Source: a virus
Strand: one strand, 5' to 3'
IMG/VR virus record: IMGVR_UViG_3300032313_000664
Coordinates: 1-64,000 of that record
Length of the DNA stretch: 64,000 nucleotides
Shown: positions 26,782 through 35,954 of the stretch, piece by piece
Numbering within the stretch: position 1 is the stretch's first letter
Layout of the letters: each line of letters begins with the position of its first letter
Notes under the pieces: generated by a model
What the model was told of the DNA's origin: nothing
The model's input: the letters and a program-made list of their open reading frames with translations, nothing else
Databases searched by the model: none
Position numbers and translations under genes: made by a program

Positions 26782-27696
26782 ATGCCATTTCCACCAGCCA
26801 GATACTCAACAGCTTCAGGAGTAAAATCTTTCTTTTTAAGACAGGTTATTACAAAGGGCTACGTTCTTGCTGGTTATAGAAACGGTCAGCCATGGACAAG
26901 CGTTAATGAAGTAACACACTCAACTGATACAACAATTGATTTGGGCGGTCCATTAAATAACTCTACTTCTTATCCAGGCGGGATGTGCGATGACACATTT
27001 GCATATGTTCTTAAGGCAAATAATACAGTTGGTGGAAACAGCAGCCAAACAAACAAATATAATATGAGAACAAATGTATCAGTAATTGGCCCATCTGCCC
27101 CATACAATGTGGGAAATGCTGGAACAATTATGCATAAAGAGCAAACAACTGCATGGGGTAAGCCTGCTGATGGAAATGCAGCACTTATGAGATTTAATTT
27201 TGCAACACAATCGTGGCTAAGTTCAATTGGCGCAGCCTATGGAAATAACGGCGAAACAATGTCAGCTTTTTATCATGAAACAAAAGGATATCACTACGGC
27301 GATAACAATGGGCTTAAGCTTACTTTTGCAACAGAAACTCAAGCATCTTCACCAATGAATGGTGCTCATGGACAACAAAAAGCAATTTCTTCAAAGTTAT
27401 CACACCTGTATGCAGGAAATGAAGGTAGCTACAATGGAGGCTACAACCTTAGAAGATTTAGTGTTGCTACAGAAACAAATGTAGGAAACGTAGCAAAGCC
27501 AATTGGAAACTGTGGAGAAGAAGATTTTGATATGGGGCAAAACTGGCAGTATATGCTAGGTAATTATAATGGTGAGCAAAACAATAGATCTTGGAGATTT
27601 AACTATGCTACAGACTCTGGCTATGAAGGCGGAGGAACAATGCAATCTAAGGGAGTTCCAGGCAGAAGTTCTGCCTACTCAGCACAACGTTCTTAA
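26782..27696 (+). CDS. repeat (beta-propeller-like) fibre tip protein
   Basis: about 40-aa repeats R(F/L)xFATET; GYVLAGY. Confidence 0.55.
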   Translation: MPFPPARYSTASGVKSFFLRQVITKGYVLAGYRNGQPWTSVNEVTHSTDTTIDLGGPLNNSTSYPGGMCDDTFAYVLKANNTVGGNSSQTNKYNMRTNVSVIGPSAPYNVGNAGTIMHKEQTTAWGKPADGNAALMRFNFATQSWLSSIGAAYGNNGETMSAFYHETKGYHYGDNNGLKLTFATETQASSPMNGAHGQQKAISSKLSHLYAGNEGSYNGGYNLRRFSVATETNVGNVAKPIGNCGEEDFDMGQNWQYMLGNYNGEQNNRSWRFNYATDSGYEGGGTMQSKGVPGRSSAYSAQRS

Positions 27697-27711
27697 CAGA
27701 TAGGCAATAAA

Positions 27712-28440
27712 ATGAGATATATAAACGACCTAACATCGGATGTTTCTGGCTACACAAAATCACAAAAAGACATCCTTCTTTATGCTACCAATAGACATTG
27801 GGGTGTTCCAACATTTAAAATAGATAATTTTGTTGGTGGGGCTCAATTTACACCATTTGGAAAGTTAAGACAACTCTTGCTAGAACTTGGCGCAAGAGAA
27901 AACATGATTGTTGAGCAAGAGCTGAAGATTGAGAGAACCAAACTAGAGATTGAGCTAGAGAAAGAAAGAATAACTTTAACTAACTCTCCAACTGAAATAA
28001 AGATTCATGAGCTTAATATTAAAGAAAAAGAAAGAACTCTTTTAAATCAAAAAAATGGAGTTAGCTCAGTCTATGAAGAGCGAGATAAGTACATGGTGCT
28101 TATAGACAAGTTTAATAATTCAGAAGAAGGCAAGTTGCCAGATGGAAGATTTATTATGGATATAATCGGCAACTACGAAGAAGAAGAAAGACTAGAAGCA
28201 GAGCTTTGGGGAATTAGACTAGGTGCTCAAGCAGCCTACGATTTAATGTTTTATGGCAGAGTCAATGGCGGAAATATGGAAGCTATTGATCAGCTACCAA
28301 AAGAAGTTAGAGAAATAGCTCTTGAAACTGCAGTAGCCAAAGCAATAGAGACAAACAAGCACCTAGACGCTCTTCAAATTGAAACAAGAAAAAGACTAGA
28401 GCTGTCTGACTCAGAGCAAGGACTTTGGGAAGAAGTTTAA
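27712..28440 (+). CDS. coiled-coil hypothetical protein
   Basis: E/K-rich heptads; GRVNGGNM motif. Confidence 0.7.
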   Translation: MRYINDLTSDVSGYTKSQKDILLYATNRHWGVPTFKIDNFVGGAQFTPFGKLRQLLLELGARENMIVEQELKIERTKLEIELEKERITLTNSPTEIKIHELNIKEKERTLLNQKNGVSSVYEERDKYMVLIDKFNNSEEGKLPDGRFIMDIIGNYEEEERLEAELWGIRLGAQAAYDLMFYGRVNGGNMEAIDQLPKEVREIALETAVAKAIETNKHLDALQIETRKRLELSDSEQGLWEEV

Positions 28441-28997
28441 TGATATATTTTTTGTTTGACCCCGTAGATAAAACGGAGAAAAATAATTACATCCAGCATA
28501 TTGGTGAATGGAACAATTTGTTCATAGGGGCAGTAGATGAAAGCCAGATGCTGTATATGAACCTTCCAAGAATGACGGTGGTAACAAAAGAAGTTGCTCT
28601 TGCGTATAAGTTTGTTGGAAAGTATAAAGGCTATATAAAGCTTAGACCAAATACTTTGCATCTATCACAATTAGAGGGCAAGCCATTTGAGCAGGTAGAG
28701 GGTAAGTTTAAGTATACCTTGACTGAAGAAGATAAACAAAATGCATGCCTTTTCCAAAAAGCTGCAATGATATTTATGCTAGAAAAATACTATTCAAATA
28801 AACTTTTGTTATTAAAATCTACACCAGAGTTTTTAAAACAGGACGACTTTCAATGTGAAAAGTTTCATTTAAATAAAAAGAATGAAATCTATCAAAAAAT
28901 TATCTCTTGCCAAGATTGGGTAGAAGCTGGTATACTATTAAATAATCATTTTGGCGTTCATTATGATGCGGATACTTTATCAAAAATAGATTTGTAG
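28440..28997 (+). CDS. hypothetical protein
   Basis: TAATG-coupled start. Confidence 0.75.
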   Translation: MIYFLFDPVDKTEKNNYIQHIGEWNNLFIGAVDESQMLYMNLPRMTVVTKEVALAYKFVGKYKGYIKLRPNTLHLSQLEGKPFEQVEGKFKYTLTEEDKQNACLFQKAAMIFMLEKYYSNKLLLLKSTPEFLKQDDFQCEKFHLNKKNEIYQKIISCQDWVEAGILLNNHFGVHYDADTLSKIDL

Positions 28998-29002
28998 GAT
29001 AA

Positions 29003-30649
29003 ATGTTTAGCGTACCATTAAACCCAAAGCTAAATGAGAATCAGATAAATGAATTTATTTCTTTCTTAAAAGACTATAAAGACTACATATATGATTTTTA
29101 TTTTACCTGTAGGGTTGCCCCATTTAATCAAGACGCCATGGGCGATATTTTTCAGGGTGGAAAAGAAGACCATGACTATTTAATTGATCTTGCATTACAT
29201 ATTCAGCAAGAGACAGGTGTGCTTGCCTCCGCCGTATTTAACAACACAGAAGTTAGACCAGATCAACAAAACCTAGATCTATTTATTAAAAACTTTTTGC
29301 CAGTGTATGAAATGGGAATTAGGTCTGCTACGATACCCCATACTCATTGGATGGCAACGGGCCAAATTAAAAAAGCATTCCCAGAGCTATTTGTAAAGAA
29401 TACTATCCTTAGAAATGTTTCAGAACCAAGGGATATAGAAAAGCTAGCCAAAGCTGGATTTGACTATGTCAACCTTGATCGTGACCTAATGCGTGATCAT
29501 GCAAAGCTAAAGCTTTTTAAAAAGGCAAAGACGCAGTTTGGTGTAAAATTATCACTGCTTGCTAATGAGGGTTGCTACGGCGGATGCATAATGATGGATG
29601 AACATTATCAGTTTAATAATACCCGCACAGATGGACCTCAGTATTTTAATGACCCAATAAGCAGGGTTTCCTGCCCAAAGTGGGATCATGAAGATTTTGC
29701 GGTATCTTTAAAAACAGCTAATTTCCCACCATGGCGTGAGGATTGGCAGGAGTTCCTAGATGATCTTGGTATTGATGTTATTAAGATGCACGGTAGAGAG
29801 TCGCATACAAGACTTAAAGAGACTATGGATATAATCAGGAGGTATGCCAATAATGAAGAAATTCTATTTGACAGCTTTAATGATTTTATTGAGGAAACTA
29901 ATATGGTTGACAAACCAATTACCATCTGGCGCAATAAGATCAAAAATTGTAAATTTGATTGCTGGGATTGTGGTTATTGTGACAAGATAATGGCTGCCAA
30001 ATATGGCAACCATATAAATCCAAAGGTTTCCTTTGTGGCACAGGAATTAGTTAATTCTGTCAATGATCCAATTGAGATTAATATTCCAGGACTAACATCT
30101 ACTAGAGTCCAGTCATTAATAAATGGTTTAGCAAAGAACTCTTCTAAGTACCTTGAGATTGGTTCTTATCAGGGCGCTACAGCCTCTGCCGCCTTGATGG
30201 GCAATAGACTAGATGCATACTTTGTGGACATGTGGCAGGAGGCCCCACAAGCCGTTAGAGAAGGTTGGGATATTCCAACTACAAATACCCTTGAGGAATT
30301 TAAAAACAATATAGCTCCTTATAAAGGTAATAATAAAATATTTATATCTAACTCAGATATGTTCAAGGTTAATTTGTCAAAAATGTCAGATATTGATTTA
30401 TTCTTTTATGACGGTCCTCATGATTTTGAATCAACAAAGAATGCCGTAAAATACTACTCTCCAGTATTTGCAGATCAAGCAATTTTAATATTTGATGACG
30501 CAAACTGGACGGAAGTTGTAAAAGGTGCTCATAAAGGAATAATTGAATCTGGATTAAAAATATTGTATAGTAAGAAGATATTAAATTCATTAGAGTCTGA
30601 TGCAGACTGGTGGAACGGCTTATACATAGTTGTTGTAAGCAAAGAATAG
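29003..30649 (+). CDS. U32-family (Fe-S) domain fused to class I SAM methyltransferase (Methyltransf_24-like)
   Basis: NLDRD, LANEGCYGGC, IKMHGRE, CKFDCWDCGYC; YLEIGSYQG, FYDGPH, IFDD. Confidence 0.7.
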   Translation: MFSVPLNPKLNENQINEFISFLKDYKDYIYDFYFTCRVAPFNQDAMGDIFQGGKEDHDYLIDLALHIQQETGVLASAVFNNTEVRPDQQNLDLFIKNFLPVYEMGIRSATIPHTHWMATGQIKKAFPELFVKNTILRNVSEPRDIEKLAKAGFDYVNLDRDLMRDHAKLKLFKKAKTQFGVKLSLLANEGCYGGCIMMDEHYQFNNTRTDGPQYFNDPISRVSCPKWDHEDFAVSLKTANFPPWREDWQEFLDDLGIDVIKMHGRESHTRLKETMDIIRRYANNEEILFDSFNDFIEETNMVDKPITIWRNKIKNCKFDCWDCGYCDKIMAAKYGNHINPKVSFVAQELVNSVNDPIEINIPGLTSTRVQSLINGLAKNSSKYLEIGSYQGATASAALMGNRLDAYFVDMWQEAPQAVREGWDIPTTNTLEEFKNNIAPYKGNNKIFISNSDMFKVNLSKMSDIDLFFYDGPHDFESTKNAVKYYSPVFADQAILIFDDANWTEVVKGAHKGIIESGLKILYSKKILNSLESDADWWNGLYIVVVSKE

Positions 30650-30650
30650 A

Positions 30651-30823
30651 TTTTGTATCATATACGGATTCGAGCATATAAAAGACCGTATTTTGCTACA
30701 AAGGCACACGTGCCTATTATATTTGTACGTCTTAATGACACGAATTAAGACCTCAAAGATGCTAGCGCTTGTGTTTATATAGGTATCTAAATTAGATTCT
30801 ATAAATACTGAAAGGTTATAAAG
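30651..30823 (+). promoter_or_regulatory. structured intergenic leader upstream of transporter
   Basis: stems ATACGG/CCGTAT, AGGCA/TGCCT, GTCTTAAT/ATTAAGAC, ATCTAA/TTAGAT. Confidence 0.4.
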
Positions 30824-31774
30824 ATGGAAATTACACCCTCTTTGTTTTTAAATAATCAGCAGTTCTTAATACTGCTAGCGTCAGTAATGGCATTGGCCTT
30901 TGCTGCAAAGAAAACCCAGGTGTTCCTGCCCTTTTACAGCTGGATTGCCAAAAATGTTAAATCTAAAAGAGCAGTAGTTGCTCTTATTTCTCTGTTCTCT
31001 GGCGTACTGCCGATTTCAGGTCGTGTCGCTGTTTCGGCTGGTGCACTAGATACAATTGCCCCAGAAGATCAAAAGAAGCGTAAAAATTACGGAATCATTG
31101 ATTACCTTTCTACGCATCATTTCTACTTTTGGTCACCACTAGAAGCAACAGTTCTTCTCCCAATGGCGGCACTAAGTATTAGTTACTGGGAGTTGATGAG
31201 CAGAGTTTGGCCACTTATTGCTACAGCATTAATAGTAATCCTTTTCTATATATTTAAGATTTTAAAGGAAGATGATATTGAAATTAATATCCCAGACAAG
31301 CCTTTAAAGAAAAGAGATAAGCAGCCATGGCAACTTGAGGCAGATGCAAAGCGTGATCGAAAGCAACTGCTTGATTATGCAAGAGTAATTCTATTTACTG
31401 GAATTGTTATTATCCTGAGCAATATTGTAAAGGCTAATTTTGATACAATAAATGCATGGGTAGAAAATGCCCATAAAAATAATCTATTAATCTTAGTTGC
31501 TTTTGCTGGATTCTTGGCAAGTTTTGCCTTGGGAAGTTCTAGCAAGTTTGCTGGATTTGTCGTCCTCTCAGTAGGAGTATTTGGCATAGAAACTTTGCCA
31601 CTATTCTTTGCAGTCGACTACGCAGGATATATGCTGTCTCCAGCACATAAGTGTTTAGTTGTAGGTAAGAGCTACTTTAGAACCCCTCTCAAGGATTACT
31701 ATAAGGCAATTTTTGCTTTGGTGATTCCAGTGGTTCTAATGGGTATAACTTTGTACTACGGCGGGACCCTCTAA
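30824..31774 (+). CDS. multi-pass membrane transporter, DUF401 / ion-transporter-superfamily-like
   Basis: about 9-10 hydrophobic segments; GVLPISG, HHFYFWSPLE, YMLSPAHKCL. Confidence 0.65.
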   Translation: MEITPSLFLNNQQFLILLASVMALAFAAKKTQVFLPFYSWIAKNVKSKRAVVALISLFSGVLPISGRVAVSAGALDTIAPEDQKKRKNYGIIDYLSTHHFYFWSPLEATVLLPMAALSISYWELMSRVWPLIATALIVILFYIFKILKEDDIEINIPDKPLKKRDKQPWQLEADAKRDRKQLLDYARVILFTGIVIILSNIVKANFDTINAWVENAHKNNLLILVAFAGFLASFALGSSSKFAGFVVLSVGVFGIETLPLFFAVDYAGYMLSPAHKCLVVGKSYFRTPLKDYYKAIFALVIPVVLMGITLYYGGTL

Positions 31775-31785
31775 AAACCTATTGT

Positions 31786-31820
31786 CCCCACTGGCTTCTA
31801 GAAGGCCAGTGGGGTATAAT
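31786..31820 (+). terminator. 10-bp GC hairpin abutting a TATAAT
   Basis: CCCCACTGGC/GCCAGTGGGG then TATAAT at 31815-31820. Confidence 0.55.
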
Positions 31821-31896
31821 AAGTTAGGCAAAGGTAGATAATACTACCTTTGATAATAAATATTTATGATATACTTTTAGGTATAGGAGATACAAC

Positions 31897-32229
31897 ATGC
31901 CAGATTATGCAAGTTTAACAGCCCAAGTAGAATTATTCAAGACCAAGGTGGGAGCCCTCAGCGGATCAACACTTGGAGCACAAGAATTGGTTTATCTAGC
32001 CAAAGCTATTGAATCAATGGGAAATCTTTTGGGAGTCAACGACGTTTTGGCAGCTACAAATACAAAGCTAAATGATATCTCAACTGCAGTAACAGGTGCC
32101 GTAACAACTGTTTCAAGCGCAGGAAGCACACAAGTAGCAGCAGTAGCTGCAGCAGGAGCAACACAGGTAGCAGCTGTTGCGAATGAATTAAATAACTTTA
32201 CAATCTATCAGAATATGGGAGTAATATAA
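31897..32229 (+). CDS. short fibre/adaptor protein
   Basis: MPDYASL..QV..FKT paralog of 25239. Confidence 0.7.
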   Translation: MPDYASLTAQVELFKTKVGALSGSTLGAQELVYLAKAIESMGNLLGVNDVLAATNTKLNDISTAVTGAVTTVSSAGSTQVAAVAAAGATQVAAVANELNNFTIYQNMGVI

Positions 32230-32230
32230 A

Positions 32231-32551
32231 ATGCCAACAACAGTCAGTTTACCAGCACGTTTTTACGCAGGAACACTTACAAACAACGAAACAGGAGTTT
32301 GGACAGTACCAGCAGCAGAAACAGATGTTATCACATCAATCACAGTTCAAAACATTACACTTGCAGCACAAACATTTAACGTAAAAATGGCAGGAACATT
32401 CTTGGCCTATCAGCTAAGCCTTCCACCACAAACTTTTATGACATTAGATATTAAGCAAGTTCTTAACACAGCAGAAAGCATTCTCGTAACAGCGTCAAAT
32501 AATAACGCAGTCACAATGTTTATCTCTGGCGTAAAAATAACATCATCATAA
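32231..32551 (+). CDS. small virion structural protein
   Basis: P.RF..G...L...ESI...ISGV; homologous to N-terminus of 36687. Confidence 0.65.
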   Translation: MPTTVSLPARFYAGTLTNNETGVWTVPAAETDVITSITVQNITLAAQTFNVKMAGTFLAYQLSLPPQTFMTLDIKQVLNTAESILVTASNNNAVTMFISGVKITSS

Positions 32552-32567
32552 TTTAAAGGAGTAAAAA

Positions 32568-33563
32568 ATGTCACAAGTTTCCAACACTACAAGTTCCATT
32601 TATTTGCCAGGACTAACTACAACAATTAATGCTGCCGTAACACAGGGATTGCAAACTGGTATTACAGCACAAGCTATTGCAGCAGGTGGAGTAAGCTCAA
32701 TGTACATGCCTCTTGAAGAAAGAATTTATTCATCAGGCACATGGACAAGACCAGCAAATTCAGGACCAGTTATTAAAATGATTCTTGTTGGCGGAGGAGG
32801 TTCAGGCGGAGTTGGAGTTTCATGGTCCCACAGCGGAGCAGGTGGTGGTGGCGCAGGACAACTTGTTGAAAGATGGCTAGACATTTCTTCAGTACCAATT
32901 GGATCAACTATTTCAGTAACTATCGGAGCAGGTGGCGCAGCAGTAGGTGGAAATGCAAACGGAAATAATGGAGGAAACTCTTCATTCGGTGTTAACGGAC
33001 AACCATTTTATTTAATTGCATACGGCGGTGGCGGTGGCGGTTACCCAGATGGTACAGGTAACAATGGCAACAGCGGAAGCATGGGTCCAGGATACAATAA
33101 TCAAAATGGTGGAGGATCTGGTGGCGGTGGCGGATCTAACTACAACTGGCAATACGGCGCAGGCGGAGGCGGAGGCGGATCATCTAGCGCAGGAATGCCA
33201 GCAAGAAATACAACATCAAGCAATGGAACTGGAAGCGCAGGGCGACCAGGAGGATTTGGTTGGGGTCCTGGAGCATCAGGCGGAGCAACTGGAACTAACC
33301 ACAGCTGGACATCATGGATTGGAATGGGCGGAGGCGGCGGTAATGGTCAATACGGAATTGCAGGCGGCGGAGGCGGAGGCGGAGGAGTAGGCGGAGGAGG
33401 ATCTTGTGGTGGTGGCGCAGGAGGATCCCCAGTAACAGATAACAATGGTGGATCAGGAATGGACGGAACAGGTTCAGGTGGTGGTGGAAATTCACACACA
33501 GGTGGTGTCGGTCAAAAAGGAGGTTCTGGCGTAGCTATTATTACATACTACGTTAAGGCATAA
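32568..33563 (+). CDS. glycine-rich fibre protein
   Basis: WTRPANS, LVGGGG, poly-Gly. Confidence 0.75.
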   Translation: MSQVSNTTSSIYLPGLTTTINAAVTQGLQTGITAQAIAAGGVSSMYMPLEERIYSSGTWTRPANSGPVIKMILVGGGGSGGVGVSWSHSGAGGGGAGQLVERWLDISSVPIGSTISVTIGAGGAAVGGNANGNNGGNSSFGVNGQPFYLIAYGGGGGGYPDGTGNNGNSGSMGPGYNNQNGGGSGGGGGSNYNWQYGAGGGGGGSSSAGMPARNTTSSNGTGSAGRPGGFGWGPGASGGATGTNHSWTSWIGMGGGGGNGQYGIAGGGGGGGGVGGGGSCGGGAGGSPVTDNNGGSGMDGTGSGGGGNSHTGGVGQKGGSGVAIITYYVKA

Positions 33564-33565
33564 TT

Positions 33566-33847
33566 ATGAGAGACTACGTATTTATTAATGAAGATGGTAC
33601 AGTAAAAAACATACTGAACCTAGTTGGACCAGAAGCAATTGAAGCAAATGATGATTTAAAAGATTTGCTTTGGTTTGATTACACTGACTGGGACTATGAC
33701 GATAAGCCAGGTCCACAATGGACATACAACAAAGAAACAGAAGTGTGGACTAAATATGTTCCATTTAATTCTGCACCAATCCCAGAAGATATTATTGAAG
33801 CAATTGCAGCATCAGTTGAAGCTGAACCAATAGAGGGTGATATCTAA
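33566..33847 (+). CDS. small acidic fibre-associated protein
   Basis: PGPQWTY motif; follows Gly-rich gene. Confidence 0.65.
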   Translation: MRDYVFINEDGTVKNILNLVGPEAIEANDDLKDLLWFDYTDWDYDDKPGPQWTYNKETEVWTKYVPFNSAPIPEDIIEAIAASVEAEPIEGDI

Positions 33848-34092
33848 TGTCAAGAATATGGGCACTATTAGTAGATAATGTTATTGGAAATGTAATCATT
33901 GCAGAAGAAGATTTTATTGAATCTCATCCAGATTTTTCAGGATTGGGTCGGATTGACATTACAGACTATGATCCACAACCAGGAATTATGTGGATACTAG
34001 AGGATAATAAATTTAAAGCACCAGAATCAGTAAGACCAAAACCAGAACACGTAGTACCAGAAAATAATCTTGAAATCGAGGTAAAGGCATAA
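33847..34092 (+). CDS. small acidic fibre-associated protein
   Basis: PGIMW..F..P motif; TAATG coupling. Confidence 0.65.
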   Translation: MSRIWALLVDNVIGNVIIAEEDFIESHPDFSGLGRIDITDYDPQPGIMWILEDNKFKAPESVRPKPEHVVPENNLEIEVKA

Positions 34093-35027
34093 TGGCAACA
34101 TATGGAACAATTAATCAAATATACGTACCAGGACTAGATACTCAAATTTTAGCATCAACAACAGCTCTTTCAACATCTATTGCTATTCCATTAATTGCAG
34201 CAAACCTTTCAGGTTTTTATAATGCGTATGAAGTTAGTATTTTAAGCGGTGGGTCATGGACACGTCCAGCAAACAGCGCACCACAAATTAACGTAACGCT
34301 TGTTGGCGGAGGCGGAGGCGGTGGATGCACCAACTATAGCGCAAACCACGGCGGTGGTGGAGCAGGACAACTATTAAGAAGAACTCTTGATATTTCATCA
34401 GTTCCAATAGGATCAGGAATTTCAATCGGTATTGCTAATGGCGGAACATGTAATGCACAAGGAGGAAACTCAACATTTGGAACTTCAGGACAGCCATTCT
34501 ATATGATTGCATACGGTGGAGGTTCAACACAGGGTAATGGACAATCAGGTTCAAATGGACCAGGGGCTAACAATAGAACTGGAATCGGATCTGGCGGTGG
34601 CGGACAAGGAGAATGGATTAACTCATGGGGCGCTGGCGGTGGCGGTGGTGGAGCAGGCGGAGCAGGCATGCAAGGCAACGTTCACTTTACAAGCTCTGGA
34701 GGATACTCTGGATACTTTGGAGGATCAAGAAACTCATCAGAAGGTTCATCAGGCGGAGGACCAGGTTCTTCCAATGGAAATGACTCTGGTAACAGAAGCC
34801 AAGGAGGACAGGGCGGTAATGGTCTATACGGACTAGCAGGTGGCGGAGGAGGCGCAGCAAGAGGCGTTGGTGGCGGAGGATCTTGTGGCGGAGGTCAAGG
34901 ACACGGAGACCACATTGGAACTCCAAGAGCAGACGCTATGCCAAACTCAGGATCTGGCGGTGGCGGTGGTGGAGCAAACACTGGTGGTTCAGGAATCTGC
35001 AAGATTATCTATTGGGTAAAAGCTTAA
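34092..35027 (+). CDS. glycine-rich fibre protein, paralog of 32568
   Basis: shared WTRPANS, LDISSVPIGS, GQPFY.IAYGGG, Y.VKA end. Confidence 0.75.
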   Translation: MATYGTINQIYVPGLDTQILASTTALSTSIAIPLIAANLSGFYNAYEVSILSGGSWTRPANSAPQINVTLVGGGGGGGCTNYSANHGGGGAGQLLRRTLDISSVPIGSGISIGIANGGTCNAQGGNSTFGTSGQPFYMIAYGGGSTQGNGQSGSNGPGANNRTGIGSGGGGQGEWINSWGAGGGGGGAGGAGMQGNVHFTSSGGYSGYFGGSRNSSEGSSGGGPGSSNGNDSGNRSQGGQGGNGLYGLAGGGGGAARGVGGGGSCGGGQGHGDHIGTPRADAMPNSGSGGGGGGANTGGSGICKIIYWVKA

Positions 35028-35054
35028 TAATTAAAGAAATAAAAGGAGAATAAA

Positions 35055-35492
35055 ATGCCAGTATCAATGACCCCACAAGCTGTTACACCATCTTTGTGGA
35101 CATACACATACCTTCAGGCCCCAATTAATGGCCAAGGGTTTACATACTTTAACATTCCAGTTGAATTTTCTGATAAAGGAACAATCAATGCTGGAGGAAC
35201 AGCATCATGCGATTTAGCTGCAGCTGGTGTATTTAAGATGATTGCAAACGGTAACATGACAGTAGCTTTCACAAACTATCCAGGAACAGCAAAGGCTGCT
35301 TTTTGGCAAGTTGAGATTAAAGCTGGCGGATCATATACAATTACATGGCCAGGAGTTGTTAAGTGGGATGGTGGCGGAGCTGCAAACGTAGCACCACTCC
35401 TATCAACAAATACAACACTCTTGAACTTCTACACAAAAGACGGTGGAACAACTGTCTACGGCGGATACGCATTCGCTGATTTATACGTATAA
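35055..35492 (+). CDS. fibre adaptor protein, paralog of 25904
   Basis: GG.YTIT, AP.L, T.D.G motifs. Confidence 0.65.
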   Translation: MPVSMTPQAVTPSLWTYTYLQAPINGQGFTYFNIPVEFSDKGTINAGGTASCDLAAAGVFKMIANGNMTVAFTNYPGTAKAAFWQVEIKAGGSYTITWPGVVKWDGGGAANVAPLLSTNTTLLNFYTKDGGTTVYGGYAFADLYV

Positions 35493-35510
35493 TAATTAAA
35501 AGGGGGATCC

Positions 35511-35954
35511 ATGTACGCAATAGTTACAAATAATGAAGTTACAAATATTGGTGAAATAACAGTATTGTTTCCAAATACTTCATTCCCATCTAATGGCGAC
35601 TACGGAGACTTCCTAGAAGAAAATAACGTATACCCAGTTATAACTGATTTGGAGTATGATTCCAACACTGAAAGATTAGTTCCATGCACACCATATGTTA
35701 GAGCTGGTAAGGTTTATAATGTAGAAGTACAGCCAATCTCTGAAGAAGATCAAAAAGATATTTTGCTGGCGCATATCGATTTTGAATTAATTTCTACAGA
35801 AGGTCTTGAAACCAAATCAGATTTGTCTGCTAAAGACAAGCAGGCTTGGGTTAAGTACAGAGAAAAGCTAAACTTATTAAAAGAATATTCAAATGTATCA
35901 GAGATTACTTGGCCAGAAAAGCCTGTAGTCTATGGTGGAACAGAGGAAAACTAA
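35511..35954 (+). CDS. tail fibre assembly chaperone, paralog of 26281
   Basis: MYA.V, YREKL, ITWPEKP. Confidence 0.7.
   Translation: MYAIVTNNEVTNIGEITVLFPNTSFPSNGDYGDFLEENNVYPVITDLEYDSNTERLVPCTPYVRAGKVYNVEVQPISEEDQKDILLAHIDFELISTEGLETKSDLSAKDKQAWVKYREKLNLLKEYSNVSEITWPEKPVVYGGTEEN

Noticed and set aside
33016-34836. Alternate-frame ORFs in Gly-rich genes
   Set aside because: By-product of GGN codon runs lacking stops.
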